This document shows, one piece after another, positions 16,248-19,358 of a stretch of 19,358 nucleotides of DNA; the stretch's first letter is position 1, and every line of letters begins with the position of its first letter. The translations under genes and the position numbers were made by a program. A model generated the notes under the pieces. That model was not told the DNA's origin and did not search any database. It was given only the letters and a program-made list of their open reading frames with translations. The stretch comes from an uncultured Deferribacteres bacterium (lineage in GTDB: Bacteria; Zhuqueibacterota; Zhuqueibacteria; Zhuqueibacterales; Geothermadaptataceae): positions 1 to 19,358 of the forward strand of contig CAXHAT010000153.1 in assembly GCA_964014485.1 (NCBI GenBank), given 5' to 3'.

Positions 16248-18389
16248 TTAAATATGAAAAATCGCTTTAAAAATAATCTCCAGGTCGAGCAACGGCGAAT
16301 AGTTCGTCAAGTAAAACAGTTGCAGTTTTTCCTTTTCCTGATGCGTCAAATTCCGCCGCCGATTCACCTGAATCAATCCGGTAAGCCCCGGCTTTAAATT
16401 CGTCGCGAAATGTTGGTTTTCGTTGCGAAAACGAATCTCCCTGCCCACAATTGACAATCTGCCGCGTAGCACTTGCCACAGCCACGGCGTTTTGCCTATC
16501 CAACCTGAGTTCGGAAGATATTTGACGCTGAGCTTGTTCGGAGCGTTATTTAAAAACTTGATCTCAACAGTTTTTAAACGGCGCGAATTTAACAAAGCCT
16601 TTATTAGAAAAAAAGGAAAACCGAGTAGAAGACCAATTGTCGAAAAAATAACATCGAACCCGCGCTTTATTGCGCGATGCTTCTTTTGTGACAGCTTGTA
16701 GTCAACGTCCAACAACGGCAGATCGCTCAATTGGTCTATGCTCGCTTTGCCGATGATGACGTCAAGGTTGCTTGGAATCAGCTTGAAGTTCACCCTTTGA
16801 TCGCGGTTCTCGGAAATAATTCGCAAAATGCGATCATACGGTATTCTGTGCGTGCTAAAAATGACCTCCTGCACGTTTTTCCGCCGGATCACTTCGTTGA
16901 GATTTTCCGTGTGCCCAATCACCTCCATCCCGTCATACTGCAACCCGACGTCCGCCGAAGACAGGCTGACAAGTCCTATAATTTCGTAACCGTCGCTGAT
17001 GCGCGTTTTGAGTTTGTTGACGACTTGCTCACCCTTGGAAAAATCGCCAATGACCAGCGTTCTTCGGCCGAGCAGCGTATGCCCGATAGTGCCGGAAAAC
17101 GGTGCAAGCCCAAAACGATGCAGTAATTTGTAAGCCAATCGCCAGCCCGCCACCAAAACGGCGTTGCCCGCAGCCGCAAGCAGGATGACTGCGCGTGAAA
17201 AAGCGTATTGGTTAAAAAAGTATGTGAGCGCACTATTCAAGGTCAAGCCAATAAAGGCCGCAAGACTTGCGCGAAAAAATGAAAACTTCCATCGGCCGTA
17301 CGAACCGACAAAATAGAGTCCGGCCAACCAGATCGCCGAATAGACCAGACTGACAGGCACATAACTTCGCCAATGGTCAAGATGGCCGAATTTCAAGAGC
17401 AAGGCGCAAACCATCGAAACTTGCAGAAGCAGAAAATCCAACAAAAGCGGCGCCGCACGACCCAGCGCATTTTTCAAAAAACCGAACGCCGCACGCCCCC
17501 AAATCGCCACGAGCAAAGCATAGTAAGTCAGGATAAAATAGCGGCCTCGAAAATGCTTTTTTGCAAACAGAGCCATGGCGTTATAAAAAACGAGCAGGCT
17601 GTCGAGCGGGCTTTGTTTGCTGCTCTCCCCCTTAAAATGAACGATTTGCGTCGTCGGCAGATAATAGATTTTCCATCCCGCTTCAATTGTTCGGTAGCAC
17701 CAGTCCAGGTCTTCCCCATAAAGAAAAAAATCTTCGTCCAGCAATCCGACTTCCTGGAGAGCGGCCTGTCGGACAAACATAAATGAACCGGAAATCGCTT
17801 CAACTTGCGACGTTTCGTTCTCCGGCAAATAGGTCAAATTGTACTTGCCGAACGCCTTGCTTTTGGGGAACAGAAAGCTCAAGCCGGTCATGCGCGTAAA
17901 CGCCACCCACGGCGTGGGGTAGCTGCGACGACAAGCCAATTGGAGCGTCCCGTTTGGGTTCAAAACCTTGCAAGTGACCATACCCGCGTCCGGCGTCGCC
18001 TGCATAAATTGGATCAGACTCAAAAAGGCGTCTTCTTGAACGATTGTATCCGGGTTCAAAAGCAGGACGTACTCTCCTTTTGCCAGTTTTATCGCCGCAT
18101 TGTTTGCCTTGGCAAAACCGACGTTTCGAGTGTTGACCAGCAGCTTGACGCCGGGAAACTCGGTACGCACCATCTCGGCGCTGCCGTCGTCGGAAGCGTT
18201 GTCTACCACAAAAACTTCAGCGCTGATTTCCGTTAGCGCCTTTTCGAGCGACAACAGCGCCTGCCGCAGAAAATCTTTAACATTGTAATTGACGATGACG
18301 ATGGAAACTTGAAAAGCAGGCTCTCTCAAAGGGCGCGACGGGTCGTGGGCAATGCTTTTTTCAGGAGAACCGGAAGTTGTGGGAGGCAT
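16248..18389 (-). CDS. GT2 glycosyltransferase fused to a 4-5 TM region, a nucleotide-binding (CoA-binding-like) domain and a degenerate bacterial sugar transferase (PGT) domain
   Basis: [27 protein letters not shown] and [11 protein letters not shown] (WbbL-like GT2); TM block; RRTLVIG..; then KRGFD ... KPGLTG ... LDLEII. Confidence 0.85.
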   Translation of the reverse strand: MPPTTSGSPEKSIAHDPSRPLREPAFQVSIVIVNYNVKDFLRQALLSLEKALTEISAEVFVVDNASDDGSAEMVRTEFPGVKLLVNTRNVGFAKANNAAIKLAKGEYVLLLNPDTIVQEDAFLSLIQFMQATPDAGMVTCKVLNPNGTLQLACRRSYPTPWVAFTRMTGLSFLFPKSKAFGKYNLTYLPENETSQVEAISGSFMFVRQAALQEVGLLDEDFFLYGEDLDWCYRTIEAGWKIYYLPTTQIVHFKGESSKQSPLDSLLVFYNAMALFAKKHFRGRYFILTYYALLVAIWGRAAFGFLKNALGRAAPLLLDFLLLQVSMVCALLLKFGHLDHWRSYVPVSLVYSAIWLAGLYFVGSYGRWKFSFFRASLAAFIGLTLNSALTYFFNQYAFSRAVILLAAAGNAVLVAGWRLAYKLLHRFGLAPFSGTIGHTLLGRRTLVIGDFSKGEQVVNKLKTRISDGYEIIGLVSLSSADVGLQYDGMEVIGHTENLNEVIRRKNVQEVIFSTHRIPYDRILRIISENRDQRVNFKLIPSNLDVIIGKASIDQLSDLPLLDVDYKLSQKKHRAIKRGFDVIFSTIGLLLGFPFFLIKALLNSRRLKTVEIKFLNNAPNKLSVKYLPNSGWIGKTPWLWQVLRGRLSIVGREIRFRNENQHFATNLKPGLTGLIQVNRRRNLTHQEKEKLQLFYLTNYSPLLDLEIIFKAIFHI

Positions 18390-18429
18390 GAAAGCAGTAT
18401 AATTATTGCGAAGTTCGCGATGCGGTGAA

Positions 18430-18497
18430 TGATTCGTGACTCATAATTTTGAAAAGCATAATAGTTGAAACGCTAAAATTTTACAAGTCACGAATCA
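18430..18497. repeat. Inverted repeat (12-bp perfect core) downstream of the secreted-protein gene; possible terminator-like hairpin
   Basis: TGATTCGTGACT (18430-18441) against AGTCACGAATCA (18486-18497), extendable by AATTTT/AAAATT. Confidence 0.6.
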
Positions 18498-18511
18498 CGG
18501 AAAGGCGAGCG

Positions 18512-19357
18512 TTATTTCACCAAAACCATGCGGCGCGTTTGCTGAAACGTCCCCGCTTGCAGTTTGGCAAAATAAGTTCCGCCGGCAAGATTTCCGGCTT
18601 CCCAAACCGTTTTGTGAATGCCGACAGGTTGATGGCCGTCGATCAAGGTCGCGATTTGCCTGCCGTTAATGTCATGAACCGTCAGCTTCACAGAAGTGGC
18701 GCGCTCAAGCTCAAATTGAATCGTCGTGCTGGGATTGAACGGATTCGGATAATTCTGCGCCAAACGAATTTCTGTCGGCAAGCCCGGCGTGCCGTCCGCA
18801 ACGCTGGTCGTTGAAACGCTCAAAGATTTCGAGATTGTGTAAATAAAGTCTCCGGAGTTGCCGCCGTTGCCGTTCGCTGCGTTTCCGGCTACATAAAACG
18901 TCGCGTTAGACGAGCCGTCCGAAGGCGCCACCCAACGAAAAGCCCAACCCGGAGCGGCGTCCGCCGTGCCGTTGTCCGTGCCGGTTCTCGTTTGTTTCAA
19001 GTACTCTTTTCCGCCGCTTGTCGACAGTTGCGTTCGTGAGGCGTCAGTCACAATAATTTCACCGAAGCCTGCGTCATTATCGTCCAAAACGGTCAGTTCA
19101 AATCCCCATCGTTGCTGACCGGATTGCGTGAGTTGAATGTCGAAATCGAGCGTATCCCCTGGGTTGTAACTTTCCGGGCCGTTCAGGGTGAGTGATCCGC
19201 CGCCTGTGTTTAGACCGCTGTGACAGCCGCCCGCCGCGCAAGTCCCTTCGTTCGGCGCTCCCGTCCGACCGTCCGGCGGTCCGCTCGAAAACGCCCACAT
19301 GGGGACCAGAAAGAAAACCACTGTGCTGGTCCCAACTGCTCGTTGCAGACGTTCATC
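18512..19357 (-). CDS. Secreted Reeler-like ('choice-of-anchor V'-type) protein with C-terminal FlgD-Ig/T9SS-like sorting domain, 5' partial
   Basis: Signal-like hydrophobic stretch ending WA/FSSGPP, then TGAP.EGTCAAGGCH, GFEL, F.W.AP and YVAGNAANGNG..SGD, ending LAQNYPNPFNPST...GTYF..L...MVLVK. The frame stays open to the window edge. Confidence 0.8.
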   Translation of the reverse strand, partial: DERLQRAVGTSTVVFFLVPMWAFSSGPPDGRTGAPNEGTCAAGGCHSGLNTGGGSLTLNGPESYNPGDTLDFDIQLTQSGQQRWGFELTVLDDNDAGFGEIIVTDASRTQLSTSGGKEYLKQTRTGTDNGTADAAPGWAFRWVAPSDGSSNATFYVAGNAANGNGGNSGDFIYTISKSLSVSTTSVADGTPGLPTEIRLAQNYPNPFNPSTTIQFELERATSVKLTVHDINGRQIATLIDGHQPVGIHKTVWEAGNLAGGTYFAKLQAGTFQQTRRMVLVK

Positions 19358-19358
19358 C

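Overview
Bacterial chromosomal window of moderate GC. It is probably from an FCB-superphylum lineage outside the Bacteroidia (e.g. KSB1/Calditrichota-like); this is inferred from a secreted protein with a 'QNYPNPFNP' C-terminal sorting domain together with strong Shine-Dalgarno sites. On the left (+ strand) are L-rhamnose isomerase (RhaI type) and rhamnulokinase, split by an antisense, AT-richer two-gene PIN-toxin/small-partner cassette. From 3747 to the end runs a minus-strand housekeeping string, read in transcription order as: secreted Reeler-like protein (5' truncated), GT2/phosphoglycosyltransferase-like fusion, accA, acyl-CoA thioesterase, HNH nuclease, trpS, scpA, scpB, rluB, an uncharacterised 569-aa atypical Rossmann/SDR protein, cmk, plsC, rpsA, lapA, lapB. 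Many intergenic gaps hold palindromic or REP-like repeats. The most notable items are the orphan SDR-like gene overlapping the end of rluB, a GT2 fused to an apparently inactive PGT domain, a LapB lacking its rubredoxin domain, an S1 with a ~135-aa acidic tail, and three candidate leaderless genes. No CRISPR array, rRNA, tRNA or transposase was seen.
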